Shown here in pieces: positions 25,921 to 38,172 of a stretch of 64,000 nucleotides of DNA. The stretch is from the human T2T-CHM13v2.0 reference genome, Homo sapiens. Position 1 is the first letter of the stretch, and each line of letters opens with the position of its first letter. Location of the stretch: assembly GCF_009914755.1 (NCBI RefSeq), contig NC_060947.1, one strand, 5' to 3'. Position numbers and translations under genes: made by a program. The notes beneath the pieces are model-generated. The model did not search any database. It was not told the DNA's origin and was given only the letters and a program-made list of their open reading frames with translations.

Positions 25921-27312
25921 TATATGTATGGTGCAATCACTATATGTTATTGCTACTGTTTTTGCTCATTATATTACTGCATGTTGCTAATATTTTCAAT
26001 ATCAGCAAAGATATTGTGTCATTGATTTTCTCATACTTTTTCTATCTTTCAAACATTATAATATATAGTAATATACAGTAGAGTAGATCATGAGTATGAG
26101 TTAGTTATATATATACATATATACATACAGACATATATAAGACTGCTTGCTAACTTTTAAAATAATGTAACATTATGAAGTTTGATGAATATTACCTTAA
26201 AGGCCAATAATTTATTTAATCAGGATATTCCTACACAAGGTTATTTAAATCTCATACACTAATTAATTTGGAAAGATATAAAATTGATCTTTTATTAAAT
26301 TGTATTTTAATGAATGCGAACTGTGATGTTGGAACACATCCTCAAATTATCTTAAAAGCTGCACAAACTTCCAGTTTCTGGTGTTGCATATAAGCATCTC
26401 AGAAGTTACCACTCCATCTAAAAATAAAAAGCTGAACAGACTGGAAGATCAGCAATTAAGCACATAGTTGAACTTAACAGTACCATCAATCAAGCAAATA
26501 TAATTAATATTTATAGTGTACTTCATCCAATAGCAGCAAAATACACATTCTTCTCAAGCTCACATATAAAAGTCACCAGCAGAGGTCATATTTTAGACTA
26601 TAAAATATGCCTTAATGAATTGAAAGTAATAGAAATTATACAAAGTATGCTCTCAGGCAACAATAGAACTAAACTAGATATTAATTGTAGAGAGATAACT
26701 GGAAAATTCCAAAATCTCTAGAGATTAAACAAGACAATAATATATGGGCCACAGAATAAATCTCAAGATAATTTAAAATATTTTGTACTAAATGAAAATA
26801 AATATACAACTTATGAGAACTGTGGAATGTAGCAAAAGAGTTTTTGCATTGGAAAATTTTAGCATTTAATGCATATATTAGAAAAGAAGAAAGATCTAAA
26901 ATGAACTTTCTAAGTTTACAACTTAGGAAACTAGAAAAATATGAGCAAATTAAATTCAAAGTAAGATGAAAAGAAAATTAGAATTAGAGCAGAAATATAA
27001 TGAAAAACAAAATCAATAGAGAAAATCAATACAACTAAAAGGTGGTTCTTTGAAAAAGTTAACATAATTGATAAATCTTAACCTAGTGTAACTAAAATAA
27101 AGGACACAAATTATTACTATCAGAACTAAAAGAGGGAACATCATTCCAATCCTATATACTAAAAGTATAATAACTCTATGCCTACACACAACCTAGAAGA
27201 AAGAGATAAATTCCTTGAAAGATAATGTGCCTAAACTCATACAAGAAAAAATAGAAAATCTGAAACAAACAACTCAATTTAAAAATGTGTTTTTATCTAT
27301 TAAAAAAATTGA

Positions 27313-27641
<329 letters not shown>

Positions 27642-28681
27642 TCAATAATTACTGACTTACCAAAACAGAAAGCAGCAGGCCAGATGAATTCACTGTTGAA
27701 TTTTACCGAACATCTAAGGAAGAAATTGTAACAATTCTCTAGAGTTGATTTCAGAAAAAGGAAGAGAGTTAATACCTCCTAACTGAGTCTATCAGGTCAG
27801 CGTTGTCTGACAAAGACCAGACGAAGAGATAACATGAAACAAAAACTGCAGACCAGTATCTTTTACAAATCAAACCCAACAATGTATATAAAGAATTATA
27901 TGACATGAAAAAGTATGATTTATCCCAGGTATGCAAAGTTGGTTCAACATTTTAAAATCAATTAATAAAATACTTTACATCCACAAGATAATTTTTAAGG
28001 TAAAAAATATTTAAAATTGTTTAAAAATTTACATGAATATAACTATAGATGCAGAAAAAAATATTTGACAAAACTGTAAAGACTACTTTTGCTTCATAAA
28101 TGCTGAAAGCTCTCAGTGAAGAAAGAATAGTCGGGAACTTCCCACAATCCTTTAAAGAATATATACAAAAATATCTCTATAGCTAGCATTATACTTAATG
28201 ATGAGAAACTCAAAACTTTTTCAGTAAGATCAGAAACAAGGAAAGGATGTCCTCTCTCACTACTCCTTTTCAGCATTATATTGGAAGTATTAGTGAATGT
28301 AGTAAGACAAGAAAATAAAATAAAATATTTATAAATTTAGAAGGAAGTCCTTGTTCCCAGATTACATGAACATCTATGTAGAAAACCTGAAAAGTTTAAC
28401 AAAAAATAAACAATTATAGTAAACAATATAACTAATAAACAACTATAGTAATGTTCCAAGATGTAAGGTTAATATACAAAAGTCAATCACTTTTGTATAT
28501 ACCATTAATGAACAAATAGAATTTACAATGAAACACACAGTGCCATTGACATTAGTACACAAAAAAACTAAAATATTTAGGTAGAAATCTAATAAAATAT
28601 AGATAAAATTTATATGATGAAAACTATAAAACTCTTTTGAATGGAATTAAAGAAGAGCTAAGTAAATAGAGAGGTAGTCTG

Positions 28682-28868
28682 TGATACGGTTCGGCTCTGT
28701 ATCCCCACATAAATTTCAACTAAAATTGTAATCCCCAGGCATCAAGGGAGGGACCTGGTGGCAGGTGATTTGATCATAAGGGTGGTTTTCACCATGCTGT
28801 TCTTATGATAGTGGGTGAGTTCTCATGAAATCTGATGGCTTTATGTGTTTGATAGTTTCTCCTACATA

Positions 28869-28918
<50 letters not shown>

Positions 28919-29091
28919 CTCTCTCTCACCTGCCACCTTGTAAGATGTGACTGCTTCCTTTTCCACCATGATTGTAAATTTCCTGAGGCCTCCCAAGCTA
29001 TGCAGAACTATGAGTAAATTAAACCTCCTTTCTTTCTAAATTACCCAGTATTGGCTAGTTCTTTATAGCAGTGTGAGAATGAACAAATACT
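28682..29091 (+). mobile_element. THE1D-like MaLR solo LTR inside L1MC
   Basis: TGATACGGTTCGGCTCTGTATCCCCAC...CTTTATAGCAGTGTGAGAATGAACAAATACT. Perfect 5-bp TSD GTCTG (28677-28681, 29092-29096). Confidence 0.9.
28873..28927. repeat. Compound (CA)n(CT)n microsatellite
   Basis: About 21 uninterrupted AC units followed by CT units. Confidence 0.97.
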
Positions 29092-31802
29092 GTCTGAGAT
29101 CATGGATAGAAAGACTCAGTATTGTCAACATGTCAGTTCTTCTCAATTTGATCTAGAAATTAAATGCAATACCAATAAAAATCTCAGCAGCTCTTTTTGT
29201 GAATATTAACAAAATGTTTGCAAAGTTCATATGAAGAGGCAAAAGATCTAGAATAGCCAACACAATATTGAAGAAAAATAATAAAGTTGGAAGACTGACA
29301 CTACCTGACTTAAAGACATACTATACAGCTACCATAAAAAAGAAAGTATGGTATTGACAAAATAATAGACAAAAAGATTTATAGAAAAGAGTAGAAAGCC
29401 CAGAAGTATATCTACATAATATTTAGTCAACCCATCTTTGGCAAAGTGGCCAAGACAATACAACAGGGCAAAAATAGTCTTTTCAATAAATAAGTAATGC
29501 TGAATTACCTGGACATTGGACATTCTTATGCAAAAGAAAAATATATAATCTAGACATTGACCTGACACCTTTAAAAAATTACCTTAAAATGGATTACAGA
29601 CCTAAATATAAAATGCAAAACTATTAGAATTTTAGAAGATAACATGGGAGAAAACTTACTTGACCTTGGGTATGCTGATAGCTTATTACATACAACACAA
29701 GAGGCATGATTGAGGAAATAAATAATTAAAGGGAAGATTTTTTTCAAATCAAAAAACTTCTCCTTTGCAAAAGACAATGTTAAGAAAATGAGAAAACAAG
29801 CCTCAGACAGAGAAAAATATTTGCAAAAGACACATCTGATAAAGAAACGTTATCTAATGTATACAAACAACCCTTGAAATTCAACAATAAGAAAACAACC
29901 CAATTAAAAAGTAAGACAAAGATCTGAACACATACCACAACAAAGAAAATATACAGTTGGTCAATAATCATATGAAAGATGCTCTACTATGTCATAAATG
30001 AAGTACAAATTAAAACAATGAAATAACACCACATATACATTAGAATGGCCATTATTTGGAACACTAACACCACAAAATGCTGGTAAGAATGTAGAGCAAC
30101 AGGAACTCTTATTGCTGATGGAAATGTAAAATGACATATAGTCACTTTGCGGAAGAGTTTTCTCTTTTGTTTTTTGTTATTTTGTTTTACAAAACTAAAC
30201 ACACTCTTACTATATAATCCAGCAATTGGGATCCTTGTTGTTTACCCAAAGGAGTTAAAATCTTATGTTCATACAATAACATGCACACAGATGTTTAGAG
30301 CAGCTTTATTTATAATTTCCAAAATTTGGAAACAATGAAGGCATCACTCAGTAGGTAAATTAATAGATAAACTTTGGTATATCCAGACAAGAAAACATTA
30401 CTAAACACTAAAAAAAAAAAAACTCAAGCCGTGAAAAACATAAAGGCACCATAATTGTATATTAGAAAGTACAAAAGCCAATCTGAAAAGGCTTCATACT
30501 GTAAGATTCTGACTATGATATTCTAGAAAAGCTACGGAGACAGTAAAAATATTAGTGGTTTACAGTAATTTAGGGGAGGGAGAAATCAATAGGTAAACCA
30601 CCAAGGAGTTTTAGAGCAGTGAACATATTCTATGTGATACTATAATCATGAATACATTAATTTAAAAACATTATACATTCTTAAATCTATAAAAGATATA
30701 CCAAATGTGAGCCCTACTGTAAACTATTGACTTGGGGTGACTATAATGTGCCAATGGAGGTTCATCAATTATAGCAAATGTATCAGTTTATTGAGGAATG
30801 TTGGTAACCACAGAGGCTATACGTGCCTAGGGGTAGATAAAAACTTTGTATCTTTCAATTTTGGTGTGAAACTAAAACTGCAATTTCAAAAAAACATAAA
30901 TTAAAAAAGGTCTTTAAAAATAGAACTACCTCCAGAAAATTTTACTTCTGTTTGATGAAATATAAGAAGCAGAAATAAAGCAACTGGAACTAACAACAAC
31001 AGCAGAACTACAACCAAGAACCCTCACAGAGTCCCCTTTACTCGCCTGCTACCTCCACTGGAACAGGTAGTGGTATCCGTGGCTGAGAGATCTGAAGATG
31101 GATCATATCCCAGGGCTCTTTGCAGGCTTTCAGGGAGCCCCATCCCTAGGGGAAGGAGGAGAGCACCTCACTGAGGGAACATCTCATGGGACAAAAGAAT
31201 CTGAACAACAGCCTTTGAGCCACAGATCTTCCCTTTGGCATAGTCTATCCAAATGAGAAGAAACCAGAAAATCAGATTTGGTAATATGACAAAACAAGGT
31301 TGCTTACCATCCCCAAAAGATAACACTAGCTCATGAGCAATGAATGCAAACCAAAATAAATAAATAAATAAATAAAGAATCTCTGAATTGCCAGAAAAAA
31401 AAACATAGAAGGTCAATTATTAAGCTACTCAAGGAGGCACCAGAGAAAGGTGAATACCAACCTGAATAAATCAGAGAAAACAACAGGATATGGACAGAAA
31501 AATATCCAGAAAACTAGATAAGATAAATAAAAAACAATCACAACTTCTGGAAATGAGGAACACACATACAGAAATGCAAAATACAGAAAGTCTCAGCAAT
31601 CGAATCAAACAAGTAGAAGAAATAACTTCAAAGCTCAAAGAAAAGGCTTTTGAAATAACTCAACCCAACAAAGACAAATAAAAATAATATAAAAAAACAT
31701 AAGCAGAGACTCCAAGAATATTGGGATTATATTAAATGACAAAACCTAAGAATGATTACTATTCCTGAGGAAGAAGAGAAATCTAAAAGTTTGGAAAATA
31801 TA

Positions 31803-31847
31803 TTAGGGTAATGGCAAAAACTGGAATTACTTTTGCACCAAACTTTA
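31803..31847. mobile_element. MADE1 (Hsmar1 MITE), internally deleted, inserted at a TA in L1 ORF1
   Basis: TTAGG..AATGGCAAAAACTGGAATTACTTTTGCACCAAAC matches the right half of MADE1. The L1 sequence GGAAAATATA|TATTTGA rejoins around it. Confidence 0.8.
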
Positions 31848-34800
31848 TATTTGAAGAAATAATCAAGGAAAACTTTTCTGGCCTTGCTAGCGGCTTAGAC
31901 AGCCAAAAACAAAATGATCAAAAAACACCTAGAAAATTCATTGCAAAAAGAACATCACCTAGGGACATAGGCTTCAGGTTATCTAAAGTTAAAATAAAGA
32001 AAAGAATCTTAAGAGTTGTGAGGCAAAAGTGTCAGGTAACCTATAAAGGAAAACCTTTATAAGATTAACAACAGATTTTTTTAGTAGAAACCCTACAAGT
32101 TATAAGGGACAGGATCCTATCTTTAGCCTCCTTAAATAAAAACAATTATCAGCCAAGAATTTTGTGTGCAGCAAAACTAAGCTTCATAAATGAAAAAAAT
32201 ATAGACAGCCTTTTTCAGACAAATACTGAGATAATTCACCATGACCAAGCCAGCACTACAAGAACTAATAAAATCAGCTCTAAGTCATAAAACAAATCCA
32301 TGAAATACACTGAAATAGAACCTTAAAGCACAAATCTCATCGGACCTATAAAACAATAACACAAAGAAGAAAATCATTTATGCGACAACAAGCATGATGA
32401 ATAGAATAGTGCCTCACATCTAAATACTAATGTTGAATATAAATGGTCTAAATGCTCCACTTAAAAGATACAGAATGGCAGAATGGATAAAAATTCACCA
32501 AACAAGTATCTTCTGTCTTCAACAGAAACACCTAAAACATGAGGACTCACATTAACTTAAGGTAAAGGGGTGGAAAAAGATATTCCATGCAAATTGACAC
32601 CAAAAGTGAGCATGAGTAGCTATTTTTATATCAGAAAAAACAGACTTTAAAGCAACAGCTAAAAAAGACAAAGAGGGACACTACATAATGATTAAAAATA
32701 ACTAGTCCAACAGGAAAACATCACAATTTTAAATATATATGAACCTGACAATGGAGCTCCCAAATTTATAAAGCAATTATGACTAGACTTAAGAAATGAA
32801 GTAGACAGTAACACAATAATAGTGGGGGACTTCAATACTCCACTGACAGCACTAGGCAGGTCATCAAGTCAGAAAGTCAACAAAGATACAATGGACTCAA
32901 ACTATACCCTAGAACAAATGGACTTAATAGATATTTACAGAACATTCTACCCAACAACTGCAGAATATATATTCTATTAATCAGCACATGGAACATTCTC
33001 CAAGATAGAGCATATGATGGACCACAAAACAAGTCTCAATAAATTAAAGAAAATAGAAATTATATCAAGCACTCTCTCAGCCCACAGTGGGATAACATTG
33101 GAAATCAACACCTAAAGGAAACCTTGAAATCTTGCAAATACATAGAAATTAAATAACCTTCCCATGAATGATTATTGAGTCAGCAATAAAATTAAGATGA
33201 CAATTAAAAATTTATTTAAACTGAATGGTAATAGTAACACAACCTATCAAAACCTCTGGTATACAGCAAAAGTGGTGCTAAGAGGAAAGTTCATAACATT
33301 GAATGCCTACATCAAAAAGTCTGAAAATGCACAATAGAGATTCTAAGGTTACACATCAAGGAACTAGAGAAACAAGAAAAAACCAAACCCAACAGAAGAA
33401 AAAAAACAACAAAGATAAGAGAAGAACTAAATGAAATTGAAACAACACCAAAAAACACAATACAAAGGAAAAATAAAACGAAAAGCTGGTTCATTGAAAA
33501 GGTAAAATTGACAGATCATTAACAAGATTAAGAAGAAAGAAAATCCAAATAAGCTCAATTAGAAATGAAATGGGAGATATTACAACCGATACCGTGGAAA
33601 TACAAAAGATCATTCAAGGTTACCCTGAACACCTTTACATGCACAAACTAGAAAACCTAGAGAAGACTGAAAAATTCCTAAAAATATACAACCCTCCTAG
33701 ATTAAACCAGGAAGACATGGAAACTCTAAACAGACCGGTAAAAAGCAGTGAGATTGAAATGGCAATTTAAAAAAAATTGCCAACAGCAACAACAACAAAA
33801 AGCCCAGGACCAGAAAAATTCACAGCAGAATTCTATCAGGCATTCAAGCAAGAATTGGTGCCAATCCTTTTGAGATTATTCCAAAAAAATAGAGAAAGAG
33901 GGAATCCTCCCTCAATCATTCTATGAAGCCAGTATTACCCCAATACTAATCAGGAAAGGATATAACAACAACAACAGCAACAAAAACTACCGATCAATAT
34001 CTGTGATGAAGCTACAAGCAAAAACTCTCAACAAAATACCAGTTAACCAAATCCAACAGCATATCACAAAGACAATACACCATGATCAAGTGGGTTATCT
34101 TTGAGGGTTGCAGGGATGGTTTAACATATGTAAATTAATTAACGTGATACACCAAATTAACAGAATTAAAAACAAAAATTACATGATCATCTTAATAGAT
34201 GAAGAAAAAGCATTTGACAAAATCCAGCATCCCTGTATGATAAAACCCTCAGCAAAATTGGGATACAAGGGTCATACTATAAGGTAATAAAAGCCGTCTA
34301 TGACAAATCCACAGCCAACGCTATACTGAACAGGGAAAAGTTGAAGGCATTCCCCCTGAGAACTGGAACAAGACAGGGATGCCCACTTTCACCACATTTA
34401 TTCGACATAGTACTGAAAGTCCTAACTAGAGCAATCAGACAAGAGAAAAAAAACAAAGGGCATCCAAACTGGTGAAGAGGAAGTCAAACTGTTGCTATTT
34501 GCCAATGATATGATTCTATATCTATAAAACCCTAAAGACAAATCCAAAAAGATCCTAGAACTAATAAATTAATTCAGTAAAGTTTCAGCATACAAAATCA
34601 ATGTACGAGAATAAGTAGCACTGCTGCACATTAACAGTGACCAAGAAGATAATCAAACCAAGAATTCAACCTCTTTTACAATAGCTGCAAAAAATAAAAA
34701 TAAAATACTGAGGAAAGTACCTAACCAAGGAGGTGAAAGACCTCTACAAGGAAAATGACAAAACCCTGCTGAAAGAAATCATAGACATACAAAAACAAAT

Positions 34801-35824
34801 GAAAACACATTTCATGTTCATGGATGGGTAAAATCAACATTGTGAAAATGACCATACTGCCAAAAGCAATCTACAAATTCAGTGCAATTCCCATCAAAAT
34901 ACCACCATTGTTCTGCACAGAACTAGAGAAAACAATCCTAAAATTCATATTGATCCACAAAAGAGCCCACGTAGTCAAAGCAAGACTAAGCAAAGAGAAC
35001 AAAACTGGAGGCATCACATTACCTGACTTCAAATTATACTGTAAGGATATAGTCACCAAAACAGCACAGTACTGGTATAAAAACAGGATAGAGAACCCAG
35101 AAATAAAGCCAAATACTTACAGTTAACTAATCTTCAACAAAGCAAATACAAACATGAAGTGGGGAAAGGACATCCTATTCAACAATATACTGTGACAATT
35201 GGCAAGCCAAAAGTAGAAGAATGAAACTGGATCCTCATCTCTCACCTTATACAAAAATCAACCCAAGATGAATCAAGGACTTAAATCTAAGACCTGAACC
35301 TGTAGAAATTCTCAAAGATAACTATGGAAAAATTCTTCTAGACATTGGTTTAGGCAAAGATTTCATGACCAAGAACCCAAAAGCAAGTGCAACAAAAACA
35401 AGATAAATAGATAGGACTTAATTAAACTAAAAAGCTTCTGCACAGCAAAAGAAATAATCAGCAGTGTAAACAGACAATTTACAGATTGGGAGAAAATCTT
35501 CACAAACCATGCATTTGACAAAGGACTAATATCCAGAATCTAAAAGGAACTCAATCAAATCAGCAAAATAAACAAACAATCCTATCAAAAAGTGGGATAG
35601 GGATATGAACAGACAATTCTCAAGAGAAGATACGCAAATTCCCAACAAACATACAAAAAATACTCAGCATCATTAATTATCAGGGAAATGCTAATGAAAA
35701 CCACGATGCAATACAACCTTACTTCTGCAAGAATGGACATAATAAAAAAAAATAGACTTTGGTGTGGATACGGTGAAAAAAAGAACACTTTTACACTGTT
35801 GGTAGGAATGTAAACTAGTACAAT

Positions 35825-36565
35825 TGTGTCCAGAATTTATTCCTTCTGGTGGGTTCTTGGTCTTGTTGACTTCAGGAATGAAGCTGCAGACCTTTATGGT
35901 GAGTGTTAGAGTTCTTAAAGATGGTGTGTCCAGAGTTTGTTCCTTCAGATGTTCAGATGTGTCTGGAGTTTCTTCCTTCTGGTGGGTTCGTGGTCTCCCT
36001 GACTTCAGTAATGAAGCTGCAGACCTTTGTGGTGAGTGTTACAGCTCTTAAAGGTGGTGTGGACCCAAACAATGAGCAGCAGTAAGATTTATTGTGAAGA
36101 GCAAAAGAACAAAGCTTCCACAGTGTGGAGGGGGACCCAAGCGGGTTGCCGCTGCTGGCTTGGGTGGCCAGCTTTTATTCCCTTATTTGGACCTGCCCAT
36201 GTCCTACTGATTGGTCCATTTTAGAGAGTGTTGACTGGCACATTTTACAGAGTGCTGATTGGTCCATTTTACAGAGTGCTGATTGGTCTATTTTACAGAG
36301 TGCTGATTGGTGCATTTACAATCCTTTAGCTAGGCACAGAGTGCCGATTGGTGTGTGTTTACAGAGTGCTGATTGGTGCATTTACAATCCTTTAGCTAGA
36401 CACAGAGTGCTGATTGGTGTGTTTTTACAGATTGCTGATTGGTGCATTTACAATCCTTTAGCTAGACACAGAGCACTGATTGGTGTGTTTACAATCTTTT
36501 AGCTTGATGGAAAAGTTCTCTAAGTCTCCACTCCACCCAGGAATTCCAGTTGGCTTCACCTCTCA
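35825..36565 (-). mobile_element. LTR12-family (ERV9) solo LTR inside L1PB1
   Basis: Minus-strand start TGAGAGGTGAAGCCAACTGG and end CTGGACACA. Perfect 4-bp TSD CAAT (35821-35824, 36566-36569). Contains a tandem CCAAT repeat array. Confidence 0.95.
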
Positions 36566-36749
36566 CAATCACTATGGAAAACAGTGTGGAGATTTCTTAA
36601 AGAAAAAAAGTAGATCTATTGTTTGATCCAGCAATCCCACTACTGGGTATCTACCCAGAGGTAAACAAGTTATTATACAAAAAAGATACTTGCACACACA
36701 TGTTTACAGCAACAATTCTAAAAATATGGAACCAGCCCTAATATGCATA

Positions 36750-36758
<9 letters not shown>

Positions 36759-36788
<30 letters not shown>
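36759..36788. repeat. (TA)n microsatellite in the L1 3' region
   Basis: Uninterrupted TA run. Confidence 0.95.
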
Positions 36789-36790
<2 letters not shown>

Positions 36791-37314
36791 CATACAATGA
36801 AATATTACTCATGAAAAGGAAAAAAATAGTGGCATTCACAGCAACCTAAGTGGAACTGGAGACCATTATTCTAAATAAAGTAACTCAAGAATGGAAAACC
36901 AAACATTGTATGTTCCCACTCATAAGAGGGAACTTTCTATGAAGATGCAAAGGCATAAGAATGACACAGTTGACTTTGGGGACTCAAGGCAGAGGGTGGG
37001 ATGTGGGTGAGGAATAAAAGACTACACATTGGGTACAGTGTACACTGCTGGGGTGATGTATGCAATAAAATTTCAGAAATCACCTCTAAAGAACTTATCC
37101 ATGTAACCAAATTCCACCCTTTTCCTCAAAACCTATTGAAATTAAAAATTAAAATTAAAAAAAAAGAAAGCAATTTCTGCAGTTTTACAAAATTAAAACT
37201 AATTCTTTCTCTGTTGGACTTTGGTGCTCCATAAAATGTTTTCAGGGAATCATAGAAATTGACATCTATTTAGAACACCTACCTAATCCATTTTCTACTT
37301 TTTGGCAGTAGTAT

Positions 37315-37590
37315 ACCAGTTTAAAGAAATAATAATTTTTTTTTTTTTTTTTGAGACAGAGTCTTGCTCTGTTGCCCAGGCTGGAGTGGAGTGGTGCAAT
37401 CTTGGCTCACTGCAAGCTCTGCCTCCCGGGTTCTCGCCATTCTCCTGCCTCAGCCTCCTGAGTAGCTGGGACTACAGGTGCCCGCCACCACGCCCAGCTA
37501 ATTTTTTTGTATTTTTGGTAGAGATGGGGTTTCACTGTGTTAGCCAGGAAGGTCTCAATCTCCTGACCTCGTGATCCACCTGGCTTGGTC
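37315..37590 (-). mobile_element. AluY, 5'-truncated
   Basis: CACTGCAAGCTCTGCCTCCCGGGTTCTCGCCATTC and GTGTTAGCCAGG..CTGACCTCGTGATCC. The first ~40 nt of the Alu are absent. Confidence 0.92.
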
Positions 37591-37959
37591 TTTCTATTTA
37601 GGGACAGATAATTACCCTATATTAATTATTGAAAAACAAATATTAAAATATGGCAGATCTTGTGTCATTACATCTTCAAATTTCTCTTGCATTCTCTCAC
37701 AAAAATTTCATTTTTACAAAATAAATTATTGTGCATACTGATTTTTTTCCACTAAACCACATATTTAAAACATTTAAATTAAAAGTAATTATGGAGAAAT
37801 TTTCTTCAGAGTTTACAGTGAAAAAATACCTTATTTCCTATATTATAAATCTAAAATTGTATGGATCACCTTAAGCCCCTAAATAAAGATAAACCTTTCA
37901 ACTTCATAAAAATCTATTTCTAACCACTAACTGGGCACACAATATTGTTTGCCTTTGTT

Positions 37960-38172
37960 TTAATTTATTTTAATTTTAATTTCAGATTCAGAGAGTACAT
38001 AGGCGAATTTGTTAACAAGATGTACAAGATTTGTTCCATGATGCTAAAGTAAGGGCTTCTATTGATTCAGTCATCCAAAGACATAGCATAGTACATAATA
38101 GGAAGTTCTTCAGCCCATGGCCCCCTTCCTTCCTACCTCCCTTTGAAGCCCTCAGTGTCTATTGTTCCCATC
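37960..38172 (-). mobile_element. LINE-1 3'UTR fragment (old L1PA/L1PB type)
   Basis: T-rich tail followed by TTCAGATTCAGAGAGTACAT...CAGTGTCTATTGTTCCCATC. Confidence 0.75.

Larger units (their letters stand above)
30990..37165 (+). mobile_element. Long LINE-1 (L1PB1-like): partial 5'UTR, decayed ORF1 and ORF2, 3'UTR
   Basis: ORF1-like start ATGAGAAGAAACCAG near 31253; ORF2 fragments (33570-33770, 34824-35126); L1PB 3'UTR (AAAAGACTACACATTGGGTACAGTGTACACTGCT...AAACCTATTGAAATT). Possible TSD AAA(T/G)AAAGCAA. Confidence 0.93.

Noticed and set aside
36205-36490. Regularly spaced repeats resembling a CRISPR array
   Set aside because: There are no unique spacers and no cas genes, and the context is eukaryotic. 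These are the LTR12 U3 tandem repeats.
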